Assembly: GCA_030265395.1 (NCBI GenBank)
Contig: JARFYF010000094.1
Span: 73,500,164-73,564,163 of the forward strand
Source of the DNA: Rhina ancylostomus
Taxonomy: Eukaryota
Length of the DNA: 64,000 nucleotides
Reading direction: 5' to 3'
Positions 13,241 through 25,284 of this stretch are shown one piece after another; within the stretch, counting starts at the first letter, position 1, and the number at the start of each line of letters is the position of its first letter. The translations under genes were made by a program, and so were the position numbers. The notes under the pieces are model-generated. The model was not told the DNA's origin. It saw only the letters and a list, made by a program, of their open reading frames with translations, and searched no databases.

Positions 13241-14714
13241 CTGATGATGCACTAAGACTCATTTTCTGAAAATATAAGTAGTCTAGTCCAACAGAGCAGA
13301 TGGCAAGGGCCAATGGTTCAAACTTCCTATTGTTCAGTTGAAAGAAATTATGATTCATTCAAAAGCAGTCTGACAGCAGGAATGCTATAGAGGGATGAGT
13401 TTCATCAGCGTAAATGTGGAAATCAGTCCAATGTTTTTGGACGATACTAGCAAGCAGTACTGTGTAAATGAAAGAGTGAAGGACTCTTGAGATATGGCAC
13501 TGGGAAAAGAAGTCATTGTGATGATGCACAACCATGTATGTGGTGGATGGAACATGCCTTTTTATAGCTTGATAATAGATAATAATACAATTAACTGCAA
13601 GGAATGTGACCTTAATTTTACTAAATGTTGCTATCTAATTTATTGTAATGTGAGTCTAATTGTTTAAGAATAGTGAAAGTATAATGGGTTCAAAATTCCT
13701 GTCCCAATTTAATAAATCAAGTTCCAGTAACAATAATGTTAGAGGTTATTGGAGTATCAATTATGCTGCCCTGCAAATCGGAAAATTATTGCGTATCTGT
13801 GCATTAACACCCCTTGTCTCAGACAGGAAAGCCACAGGAAGTGCACATCTCCCTCACACACCAGAAAATCTTTGCTCCTGTTCAGCCTTTCTAATAATTA
13901 TTAAATTTGCATGGAACTGTGAATCATATTTGTATTCTGTCACCACGTAGCCAGTTTGGTCAATTGTACCTATTTGAATCTTTCAATGGCAAAATAATCA
14001 TCAGTGTATAATGCATAAAATGACAGCTTGTTGTGTGGTGAATCATAAACTTGAAGATCTTTGGATGAAAGCACCACCACTTCACACTTAATGACACTTC
14101 TGTTATCTGGTTAATATTGTAGAATTTATTTTTAGTGTTCAGTGTGCTCCAAATGACGTATCTGCAATATTCCTGGAGTGTTAGACAAAAATTTAATCAT
14201 TTTACTGCCATCGGGATTAAAGATTTTTAAATGGAGCAAATAAATATTAAAACCTTTGCTATTCTTTCCCTTCCTTTGTATGACATCAACAAACTCACAG
14301 CAGACTATAAAGGCTGAGAGTTTTTTTTTAAATTAGCAGCAGCCTGCAATCTGTTGTTCAAGTTGGTGCCTTGCATTATTTTCTTTCGAACACTCCAGTG
14401 TCAACAGCTGGTGGTTGGATCTAATGGATAAAAATGTATAATGCAATGCCCATTTATTTTTTTTAGTTTCTAGGACTAACATTTAAAAAAAAATTATAAC
14501 AATTTTACAGCCAAGTACAGTAAGTATTTTCCTTAGTTAACATTGTACTTGGCTCCAGTGGAGTTTGAGAATGGAAACTACAAATAAAAGGCAATGATGA
14601 GGCAAGTCATTTATGGAGATTTTAATGTTACTGAGAAGTTAGCTGCAGCTGGATGATTTTTGACATTTAACAGAAAAATGTAGGAGCGTTTGAAAACCAA
14701 GTTGATGACTTGAC

Positions 14715-14885
14715 CAAGTTTAAGTTTGCTGTCATGGGAATACATATCCAGGGTATAAGTGTCATGAAAATTAGCTTTTTGCAGTAGCAGCACAGTACAT
14801 TACAAACATGACAAACATAAATTACATAAACTATCCATAACCTACACAATAAAATAAACAAAAACATGATATTAGTGCAAGTTGA
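14715..14885 (-). mobile_element. Non-LTR 3' end remnant related to 51190-51390
   Basis: Antisense tgctgctactgcaaaaag...ttttcatg...catgac pattern is shared with 51300-51390. Confidence 0.45.
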
Positions 14886-15228
14886 GGGAAATGCAATCTG
14901 AGGTGGAACCTGACATGTGCAATCATAAACATTGAATGTACTGAGGCAAAATAGTCTTGATTCGGAACTTCACAAATATAAAGTAATGAAATTCTTGGGA
15001 AGTGCATCTTTGGGTGAATGCAGCATAAAATAATGTGGACTTCTTTGTTTCAAAAGGTGATAGCTGTAGCCTATAACCTCACATCTTTACTTTACTTCAT
15101 ATTGCAGATCAAATATACCACCTTGGAGAGTAACTTTATAAGGAGCACCAAGCATTTGGCTTTGAATGTCTTTATTAGTGGTGTTGGGTGTGGTTTTAGG
15201 CTGAGATTTATCCTTCAAGTGCTAGGTT

Positions 15229-15332
15229 ATCATAAATGTACCTTCTGATTTACGAGGCTCATGAACCAATCATAAATGTACCTTCTGAAATACTGGGCTC
15301 ATAATCATAAACCAATTATAAATGTGCCTTCT
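15229..15332. repeat. Tandem repeat, 40-46 bp unit, about 2.4 copies
   Basis: (c/t)ataaatgt(a/g)ccttct recurs at 15231, 15271 and 15317. Confidence 0.8.
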
Positions 15333-15339
15333 TCCATTG

Positions 15340-16340
15340 CCATTGTTATAGGGAGGAACAGTAAAGACATATTGGGTCTACTGATTTTTAGAAAGGCATT
15401 TGAGAAAGAGCTTTGTGATGTATGTAACAAAGCCTGTGTTGCAACCTTGGTTTTGACATACTAGATCACTGTGGACAATAACACATTTTTCAGCAATGCT
15501 GGGTGTGTGGAGTGATTCAAATTAGGACCTTTTTGTTTAAGTATAAATGACCTGGATGAGTACAAGAAGCATAGTTTTGAAGCATGTGGAGGTTACAAAC
15601 TTGGCAATGTAGGAAATGGGAAGCAAACATTTGGAGGAAATGGAAAGAGAAGTGGTAATTCCAATTTTTTGTGCATTACTAAAATTGCAGGGAAAAATAT
15701 GTGGTGGAGAGAAAGTGTAATCTGACTCAAGAAAAGTATAAGAGCAAAGGGGTTGCTGTTACACAAAAAAAATATTGAAGGTGGCAAGGCAAATTGATAA
15801 TGGCAGCATGGAAACTGTTGAGATTATTTAGCTTTGTAAGTAGAAGCATTGAACGTAAAAAGGAGGAGATCATGCTAAAATATTAATCACTAGTTAGGTC
15901 TCAGCTCGATCACTGTGTATAATTCTTGGCACCATATTTAACTATAGTTGTCAAAGCCTTGGAGGAGGTGCAGAGGATTACCAGAATGACACCAGAGATG
16001 AGGGACTTGGATTACAGGGAGGGAAAATTGTTGCTCTTGGTGCAGAGAAGGATGAACTGAATCAAATAGAAGCTATTACCAATCACTTCCCGGAGGAAGT
16101 AAGAGATAAAATAATTGGCAAAAACACTTCATGTGAAACAAGGTTTTCTTCAGCAGTTTAAGATCTGGAATGCACGTCGATAGGAGGTAATTGAATCAAA
16201 TTCCACAAGAGCTCATAAAAGGCACTTTGGTGCATACATGAAGTGTTGATTTTCAGAGTTAATTTGGAAAAGTTGGGTTTTATGATTAAACTGGATAACT
16301 CTTTCAGGACTTGCTGAATTGTTGCTTTCCATGGTATGAG
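15340..16340 (+). mobile_element. Highly decayed CR1 RT and 3' fragment
   Basis: gattttagaaaggcatttga, tataaatgacctggatg, ctagttaggtctcagct, ttggaggaggtgcagagg. Confidence 0.7.
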
Positions 16341-17004
16341 GAATCTTTCTCTTGTGTAGTGTGCAAGGACTCCAGTATGTTGTTCTACAGTGCCTCTGTG
16401 TTAATACTTATTTTTGTAGTTTTGCTGAATGTCAAAAAACTGAAATCTTCTGCAGTTTAGTATCCATAAATTCCACAAAGTTATTTGCTGTCCAGGTCAT
16501 CTCCAGACTACTACTTTATTAATGAAGGTCATTGACCATCTTTGAGCAGAAGTGTAGAATCATTGTAATGCCAGTTACTGTTTAAATGTATAAAAACAAA
16601 TTTGAAACAAATTTATTAGCACAAGCATTGTTCAATTTAAAGGAGAACATATTGCTTTAAATTGATGAATGAATCAGTACCATTGGGCAAGAAAAAGTAT
16701 AGGATAAGTGTAGACTTGATGGGCTAAAGGCCTATTTTGGTCCTCCTGTTCTACAGTTCAATTGGAGGTTACCTCATGTTCTCTCAGAGTAAGGAAGTCA
16801 TTAAAGTTGACTTCATCATGATAGCTGTGTGTAGTAAAACTCTTAATCTAAAATGCTCAGGATTTTGGTGAAGCGGATTTTCCACACTATCAGATGCTAT
16901 TCTTATTAATATTCCAACACACTTAATTCTTTTTGTTTGAGATGTTACGCATTTTCCAGTGAGTCCAGTAACTTTAAAGGTAACACAGGTAACAAATCCC
17001 CAGT

Positions 17005-17210
17005 GAGTTTCAAGGGAGCACAGGAAACAGAACCAGGAGAGTCTCAAGGGAGCACAAGAACTGTGGACCTGGTTTGTTAGAGGGGCTGTGGAAACCAGGA
17101 CCTGGTATGCCAGAGGGAGCCCAGTAATTCAGACATCAGAGTGTCAAAGGTGGCATGAAAACTGGGGCCCTGATGTATCAAAGAGAGTGCGGGAATCAGC
17201 ATCTGTTGAG
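17005..17210. repeat. Degenerate minisatellite, about 34 bp unit, about 6 copies
   Basis: caagggag-like anchors at 17011, 17045, 17078, 17111, 17145 and 17179. Confidence 0.7.
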
Positions 17211-18319
17211 CCAGATGCCGAACCATCAGGATGTTTGAATAGTTGTGTAGCAAAATATCAGAGTGTTATCATAATCCTTTGAAACCTATATCTATATACT
17301 TGTGGCCACTTGAGTGAATGCAATTTAGTGAAATATTGAACATTACTCTTTCTTGATGGGCTTAAGAGCAATCAAGACCCTTATTCCCGTTTTTCTGCCC
17401 ACCCACACCAGCAACCCCCCNNNNNNNNNNNNNNNNNNNNNNNNNNNNNNNNNNNNNNNNNNNNNNNNNNNNNNNNNNNNNNNNNNNNNNNNNNNNNATC
17501 CAGGTATCTGTAGATATTTATTGCAGCATTTATACATGAAGGTTACTCAACATACTGCAATTTCTCTGTCTTTAGAGAATCATCTTGTGTAACATAATTC
17601 TTAATATTTCTATGTTTCCCTATAGTGAATACACACACATTAGTATTTAGATCTATTAAGCATCTGCTACTTAATTAATAGTCTCTCAGCCATCAATTCT
17701 TATTTGACATTTTATGCCATGATATCTGGTAGGAATACTAGGATCCAATTTAATACTGAATTTACTCATGTAATGATAAGGTTGTAAATCAAAACTGGAG
17801 ATGATTGACGCAATAGCAACTTCATTTATGTATTAAGTGTATGAATATTCTTGCTGTACCTTTATGTGTAGGTTGGACATTTGTGTAAATCTTACTAAAA
17901 TTCTGACAGCTATCAGTGTCTGCATTTTGTCAGTAACAATAATGAAGACACGTTAACTCCTGTGAATATTCAGGGAAATGGCAAACCATGTCTGTTTATC
18001 ATGTGACCTTTTCATTGTTCCAGCCAAGCATGTTTGCTTTGTGAATGATGGATGATGCAGTGAATTTTGTGGAATCACAATGAGATTGTCACTGCTTGTT
18101 TACAATAACTGTAGCAAAAAGCTATATTGTGAGGACAAAACTGATGTTATTAGCCAATATTCTTAATTTCTAACTTGGTAAATTCATACATGATAATAGC
18201 ATTATGTATTCCTTAGTATTTTGCTATGAATTTTAACATTTTGGAACTGTGGAATTAAATTATTAAAAGAATTTCAGTCAGAAACCACCCCCCCCCCCTT
18301 CAGATATGAGTGTAATGCA

Positions 18320-18630
18320 TGGTGACTCTTTGGTGCAGTATTGCTGGCAGTGATGGCACCCTGGAAATAAAACAGTAAACCAGGGTCTCATCTGCCTCAT
18401 TAAGAGTATAATTAAACTAAAAAAATTCCCCTGCCTCTTCAATTAACAGTATGGAGTCACCTGCTATACTGGACAACACACTGATTCAGCAGTCCAGCCA
18501 CAAAATAGATTATCTAATAATTTATTCGGTTACTGACTGCTGTATTTGCCTAGATGGCAATACTGATAAAGTAATTCATTGTTCGTGAAGCATTTTAGAA
18601 CATAAAGGAAATAATGTTTCTTTTGTTATT
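18320..18630 (+). mobile_element. Deu-domain SINE remnant
   Basis: gtaaaccagggtctcatctgcc, aaatagattatct, aaagtaattcattg...gaagcatttt. Confidence 0.5.
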
Positions 18631-19816
18631 TTGTTTTATTTCTCCTTGCTTTCACCTTTTNNNNNNNNNNTTGCAAATCAGGCAATTTTATGAAGTAGTA
18701 GTAATAGGCAATTTGGAGGACTTTTCATCCTTCACATAAATTAGGCTTAAATTTGCGTACTATGTTTGTCAGCTATCATGTCAATTTTGCTTTTAAGGAT
18801 AAGACTATTTTCTCCTGAACGATGCTGATGTATTCAGCAAATGAAAGAATTTTTTCAGTGCAGCTTGGGTTTGTGGATTTGCCGATTTTTCAGGATTAAA
18901 ATGGTCTCATTACAATTAGCTTTTGCAGGATTGGGAAGCATTGGCAATGGGCAACTTCCTCAAGCATTTAAGAGACGTCTGAGAAACACAAATCTTAGTT
19001 TCTAGAATTGTTAGTTAAAATACACAAGAACATATTTTTAATACAGCATAGAAACTTAAATATTCAGTGCACAAGACAGTTCACTCAAAATGGAGAGAAA
19101 ACAAAACCACATGTTATAACTGTTGAGTGTGTGGGCACAATTCTTAAAGGGAAAAATTTTCAAAAAAATTCATTAAAACTGTGCTTGGAAACTTGCAAAT
19201 AAAAATTGATCATGGAAGGCTACTTTGACTGTTTGATATCTTGAAATATGTAAGCAAATGCAGCTGTAGTGTTGGTTTAAGAATCTAATTTGATTGATAT
19301 CTTTAGCAGTGAAAATGTAGCATTACAGTGGGATAGTGCAAGATGGTGGCAGGCCAGTTTTGTATGGAGCCCTGTGGTATCAAAATTCTATCATGCAGAA
19401 GACCCAAAGTTTTGTCTGCAGTAGCAAGGCCTTCCACAAAGCTGCTATCAGAGAGAAACATAGACTGTTGGGGTGGAGAGAGTTGTTGCAAGAAGAGTTG
19501 GAGAAGGAATGAGGGGAACCTATTTTGAGGGTCTGAGAATTGTGGAGGGATGCTTTCAGAATTCCAAAAGGTATCAACTGCAATATGTTGTGGGTGGCAA
19601 CCTTATTTTTTATGTGCATCTATGGTGCATAAAGCTGATTTGTTGTACCTACAGATGGGTCTTTCTATTACTCCATCATCAAGCGTGTCAGGCTCACCTG
19701 AAAACAGTTGACCCGAACCCTATCCTGAACTGATTAAGTTGAAAATTTGTATTTTTGGCACTAATGTTCATACATAACACACTTTTTAAAAAGTGAAAAA
19801 TGTTCAAAAAATTTCA

Positions 19817-20925
19817 GTGGAGAGGATTCTGAGTGATAAGATGTACGTACANNNNNNNNNNNNNNNNNNNNNNNNNNNNNNNNNNNNNNNNNNNNNNNNN
19901 NNNNNNNNNNNNNNNNNNNNNNNNNNNNNNNNNNNNNNNNNNNNNNNNNNNTCTGAGGGATAAGATGTACGTACATCTGGAAAGACACTGGTTGATTAGT
20001 GGTAGTCAGCATGGCTCTGTGTATGGGAGATCATGTCTTATGAACTTGATTTGAGTTTTTCATGAGGTGACCAAGAAAGTTGATGAGGGCAGGGCAGTAG
20101 ATATGGTCTATATGGACTTCAGTAAGGCCTTTGGTAAGGTTCCACATGGTAGGCTGTTCTGGAAGGTTAGATCACAAGGAATCCAGGGAGAGCCGGCCAA
20201 TTGGATACACAATTGGCTTAATGGTAGGAAGCAGAGGGTGATGGTGGAAGGTTGTTTCTCAGACTGGAGGCCCATGACTAGTGGTGTGTCTCCGCTAGGT
20301 GCTGGGCCCATTGTTGCTTGTCATCTATATCAATGATTTAGATAAGAATGTGCAAGGCATGGTTAGTAAGTTTGCAGATGACACTAAGGTAGGTGGTATA
20401 GGTTATCAAAAGTTACAGGGGGTTCTTGATCGGCTGGGTAAGTGGGCCAAGGAATGGCAAATGGAGTTTAATTCGGATAAGTGTGAAGTGTTGCATTTTG
20501 GAAAGTCAAATCCAGGTAGGACTTTCACAGTAGAGCAGAGGGACCATGGAGTACAAGGCTCACTGAAAGTGGAATCACAGGGAGATAGGATGGTGAAGAA
20601 CTGGCCTTCATTAGTCAGGGCATTGAGCATAAAAGTTGGGATGTCAGGGTACGATTGTACAGGACGCTTGTGAGGCCGCACTTGGAATATTGTGTTCAGT
20701 TTTGGTCGCCCTGCTGTAGGAAAGATGGTATTACACTGGAAAGAGTGAGGAAGTGGTTGAGGCAGGTACAATAACAAGTTTTAAAAGACAACTGGACGTG
20801 GATAGGAAAAGTTTAGAAGGTTATGGGCCAAATGCTGGCAAATGAACTAGCTTGGAGTGAGGCATCTTGGTCGGCGAGGACCAGTTGGGCCGAAGGGCCT
20901 GTTTCCATGCTGTATGACTTTATGA
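19817..20925 (+). mobile_element. CR1 LINE RT and 3' end with internal deletions
   Basis: ORFs VDMVYMDFSKAFGKVPHGRL and LGPLLLVIYINDLD...SKFADDTK; tail gggcctgtttccatgctgtatgact. Confidence 0.93.
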
Positions 20926-21269
20926 ATAACTTGTGCTTGGAAACTTATAAATAAAACTAGATCATGGCAGGCTACTTAGAGTGTTTGGTATATTAGTACG
21001 TGTAATATGTAAGCAAATGCAGTCATAATGTTGGCTTAAGTATCTCATTTAGTTGCTATCCAGTTGATATCCTTCAAATTTAATAATGAACTGTGCCACT
21101 GATTACTTTTCTTAATGGAATTTTGGCACAAAATTATTCTAAACCGGAGTAATGACCACCAGTTGTGTCTTTCTAATTAACCTTAAGTGCCAAATATATT
21201 AACGGTGTGTTTTTTTTTAACCAAGAGACCCGTGGTTTGTTGCTATCTATATATGTGGGTATAATCACA

Positions 21270-21425
21270 GTGCTTAAAGGGAATTTGGGCAGGTAGATGG
21301 ATAGGAAAGGTTTCTAGGGATATGGATCTAATGAGGCAAATGGGACTAGCTCAGGTAGGCATCTTGGTTGGCATGGATGAGTTGAGCCGAAGGGCCTGTT
21401 TCCATGCAGTATAACTCCATGACTT
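21270..21425 (+). mobile_element. CR1 3' end fragment
   Basis: gataggaaaggtt...aaatgggactagct...gggcctgtttccatgcagtataactc. Confidence 0.8.
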
Positions 21426-22639
21426 GATATAAAGATATTATTTATTTTCTTCAAAACTTCAACAGTTGCAACAGTAACTTAGTTTATGCAAGTTAGCCTT
21501 CTGTGTTGTTTATAGACCAACATGAAAAGGAGTCACTCTTTCTCACTTGTCTTTGTGATTTTATTCTTATTATCCACTTCATATACATGTTGTCACAAAA
21601 TCACAAAGAAAGTGGCTCTGATTGCTCAAAGATTGCTCAAATTAGAGGTAGTAGTTTTCAGCTCAAAGCTGAAGAAATAATATTCATAGATAATAATTTG
21701 GTTCCTCCATTCCCTTGGTTCTTGAAATACTTAAAAATAAAACAGTGTCTCTAAGTGTTTAAAATAAGATTAATGTTCAAAAAATGATATCTGGCAGTGG
21801 AAGCAACTTGCCACTTGAAATTCTTTAATGGAATATTCTGGTGTGGAATATTTCCAATAATAAGACTTACTTCAAAGTAAGTTAAAATTAAGCCAAAAAT
21901 GTTTTAATACACTGCCAAAAGAAATTCGGAATGGAGGCTCTGCATAAGAAGATAACAATTAAAAATATCTTAAATGAATAACCACAATATTTCCGTGTCT
22001 GCAATTTCTCTCTGAGTAGTAGTTACCTTGTTGATAAAACCAATCAACATGTTTGTATTCATTGGCAACTGATCTGTTGGTAGATTTTTGAACTTGAGTA
22101 TGCTAAAAAAGTTATGATAACTGTTAGGAAATTGGTTAAAAGTAACAAAATGAAGAATATCCTGCAATGGTATTGCTTGAAGAGGACACCAGCCTAATGT
22201 TTATAATAATTAACTTGTTTACTTCATATTACTTCCCAAAGATCTTAACAGTGATCAACTATTAGCAGATCAAAGCAAACCTGCCATTTTGTTAGTCAAG
22301 CATTTGCATTTCCTTCTATGAATTTCTTTTTTAAGTGCAAGTTAAAGCCAAAGAAATAATTATACAAAATTCAACTTTGTTAAGGACACAGAACTATTTT
22401 TCACAATCAGATGGGGGATGTAACAGGGACCTGATCCACTACTGTTTGTTTTCCACTCCTGTTGAAATTGAATTTCATGTCCCCATGCCTCAAAATTATT
22501 TTCTACAAATTGAAAAGGAGACTTCAGATTGAAGTATCCTAAAGTAGTGGGAAGAATATTTCCAAATACTGTTGCTATTGACATTGCAATTCTCTTGATA
22601 AACTCTTCATTGTTCAGTAGAATGTTCCATTGTAAAATA

Positions 22640-23880
22640 GCAAATGTATTCAAAAAGGGAAATAGAAGGTAGGAAATTACAGACCAGATATTTTTCTTTC
22701 AACAAATGTAAAACTGTTAGAAGCTATTATTGAGGACATTATAGCAGGGCACTGAGAAAAAATATAAAAGTAATTGAACAAAGCCAACGTGATTTAGAGG
22801 AAGGGAAATCATGCTTGACCAATTTATTAGAGTTCTTTGAAGTACCATGTGCTGTTGATAATGGGAAAGCAATAGATGTATTATACATCTATTTCCAGAA
22901 GGCATCTGAAGAGGTGCCACATCAATGGCAGAAGAAAAAAGCTCATGTATAGGAGGTAACATTGGCATGGATATAAGATGAGCGGGCTAATAAGAAAGAG
23001 AGAGCAGGCATAAAGGATACTTTTAATTACTAAGAGGTAATGAGTGGTGTGCTACAGGGATTGGCATTGGGCCTCAGCTTTGTGCAATTTATCTAAATTA
23101 CTTAGATGAAGGCACCAAAGGTATGGCTGCTAAATTTGCTGATGGCACAAAGATAAATAGGAAGGGAACTTTTGAAGAGGAAGCCAAACTAGTATAAGAA
23201 GGTAAAATGAGTGCAAAATATCTGGCAAATGAAGTATAATGGGGGAAAATGTGAAATTTTCTTTGTTCGCAGGAAACAATGCGGGGTGCAAAGCATATTA
23301 TCTGCATGATGAGTGATTGAGGAGCTCTGATATACAGAGGGATCTGGGTTCACTTGTGCATATTTTCCAAAAAGCTTGTTTGTAAGTACAACAGATCATT
23401 AGGAAAGCTAACATTTATTGCAGGGAGAATTGAATATGATAGGATAGGATATTAATATGCTTTGGAAGCAGTTAAGAGAAAGCTTACTAGACTAACACCT
23501 TGAATGGGCAGGTAATCCGATGAGGAAATGTTGGACAGGCTAGGCTTGTACCCATTGAAGATTAGATGATTGAGAGGGAACTTAATAAAGGCATGCATGA
23601 TCCTGAAGAGTCTTGAGAAAGTTGATGTGGATGAGATGTTACTTCCTGGGAAAACCAGGGATCACTATTTAAAAATGAGGGTTTGACCATTTATGAGGGA
23701 GAGGTTTTTTTCCCACTGGGTCATGTCTTTGAATATTTTTAAGGCAGAAGTAGATAGATTTATGATCTGCAAGTGGGTGGAAGGTTACTGGGATTGATGA
23801 GTATGCCATGATTATATTAAATGAAGAGCAGGTTTGAGGAACCCAGTGGTTACTCCTGCTGCCAATTTGTATGCTCCCAC
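22640..23880 (+). mobile_element. Decayed CR1 (older subfamily) RT and 3' end
   Basis: ggaaattacagaccag (NYRP), aaatcatgcttgaccaattta (KSCLTNL), aaatttgctgatggcacaaag (KFADxTK), tail tactcctgct. Confidence 0.85.
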
Positions 23881-24141
23881 ATGGAACCAAATATTGGAAA
23901 TTGTGAAGTAAAATATTGCAGAAGCTAAAATCTGAAATAAAATTCTATAAATATTCAACAATTTATCAACTTAAACTATTAACTCTGTTCATTTATTCTC
24001 TCTTCACAGATGTTGCTTGACCAGTTGAGTATTTACAGCATTTTCTGTAATTGCATTGTGATGCCAGGTAGAATCTTGCTGTTTGCTTGTTTCCTACTTG
24101 TATTCATTTTCCTAAATTGCATAAAACTCTTTATGTTGCAG

Positions 24142-24259
24142 TCTTCAGAGTGGCATGAATCTGCAGATCTGTTTTGTTAATGACAATGGAAGTGACAAGG
24201 ACAGTGATGCAGATGACAGCAAGACAGAAACAAGCCTGGACACCCCTTTGTCTCCAATG
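24142..24259 (+). CDS. SCHIP1: SCHIP1 internal coding exon B (118 bp, phase 2 to 0)
   Basis: Acceptor ttgcAG|T and donor ATG|GTAAGT. Translates (R)[39 protein letters not shown], in frame with exon A. Confidence 0.96.
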
Positions 24260-24754
24260 GTAAGTATTACCAGACATTGCACTCCTAACTGTTGTAATCC
24301 CAATGTTCCTGATTCATAATTATACAAAATATTCCTGTGACTTCCTGTCCCGGATGGTTTGAAGGGCTTCCTTGGTTCGGGGTCCAACCATTCTTATTCA
24401 ACATCACCTTAAAAAGCGTGTTCTTGACTGTCCAACTACCTACTGTTCCATTTAGTTTTTTCCCTTTATAAGGTCATTGAATCTGACATCTCTTCCTAGG
24501 TCTATGACAGCCTATCACAGCACTCATTTTCAGCTTCCTCAATATGCCTTCTGCCTTTCACTATGGACTGACTGTGCCCTTGGCAAAATCTGTGTTCAAC
24601 AAGATGGTAAACTACTTAATCCCATCTTTTTTTTCCCCTTCAACCTTGCCTGTTTATCACACATTTAAACACATCACTATCCCTCTGTAGTTTCTCCTCC
24701 AGAGTTCAGCTCCCTCAGCTGGATTCTGTTGGCATGCACACAAGACTCTCCTCA

Positions 24755-24757
<3 letters not shown>

Positions 24758-24799
<42 letters not shown>

Positions 24800-24928
24800 N
24801 NNNNNNNNNNNNNNNNNNNNNNNNNNNNNNNNNNNNNNNNNNNNNNNNNNNNNNNNNNNNNNNNNNNNNNNNNNNNNNNNNNNNNNNNNNNNNNNNNNNC
24901 TCACTCTCACTCTCACTCTCACACACAC
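24758..24928. repeat. (CT)n and (CTCACT)n microsatellite split by an N gap
   Basis: Directly visible. Confidence 0.95.
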
Positions 24929-24949
24929 TCCATTCCTCCAATTGAACAT

Positions 24950-25120
24950 GGTGACACAAGAGACTGCAGATGTTGGATATCTGGAGCAACCTACAGAAAA
25001 ATGCTGGAGGAACTCCAGTCCTGATGAAGGGTCTCAGCCCAAAACATTGACTATTCACTTCCCTCCATAGATGTTGCCTGACCTGCTGAGCTCCCCCAGC
25101 ATTTTGTGTGTGTTGCTTGA
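24950..25120. mobile_element. Penelope-derived palindromic non-autonomous element with a hammerhead-like core
   Basis: Inverted arms agcaac...aaaatgctggaggaactc and gagctcccccagcatttt...gttgct; centre cagtcCTGATGAagggtctcagccc. Confidence 0.7.
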
Positions 25121-25284
25121 TGAAAGCATTGGTTTTGGGTGCCATAGTAAGTTAGTCCTCCATTTTCAGTCACACCCCATCCAACCGCCCCCTCCCCCAA
25201 GTTCAGCCTTAAAATGCTGTTTGACCCAGAGCGAAGCTTTATATTTCACACCCTATTACTGACCAAAGTTACAATAACAAAAAA

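Noticed and set aside
15229-17210. Short tandem arrays as CRISPR-like repeats
   Set aside because: Vertebrate intron, no unique spacers between identical repeats, and no cas genes.
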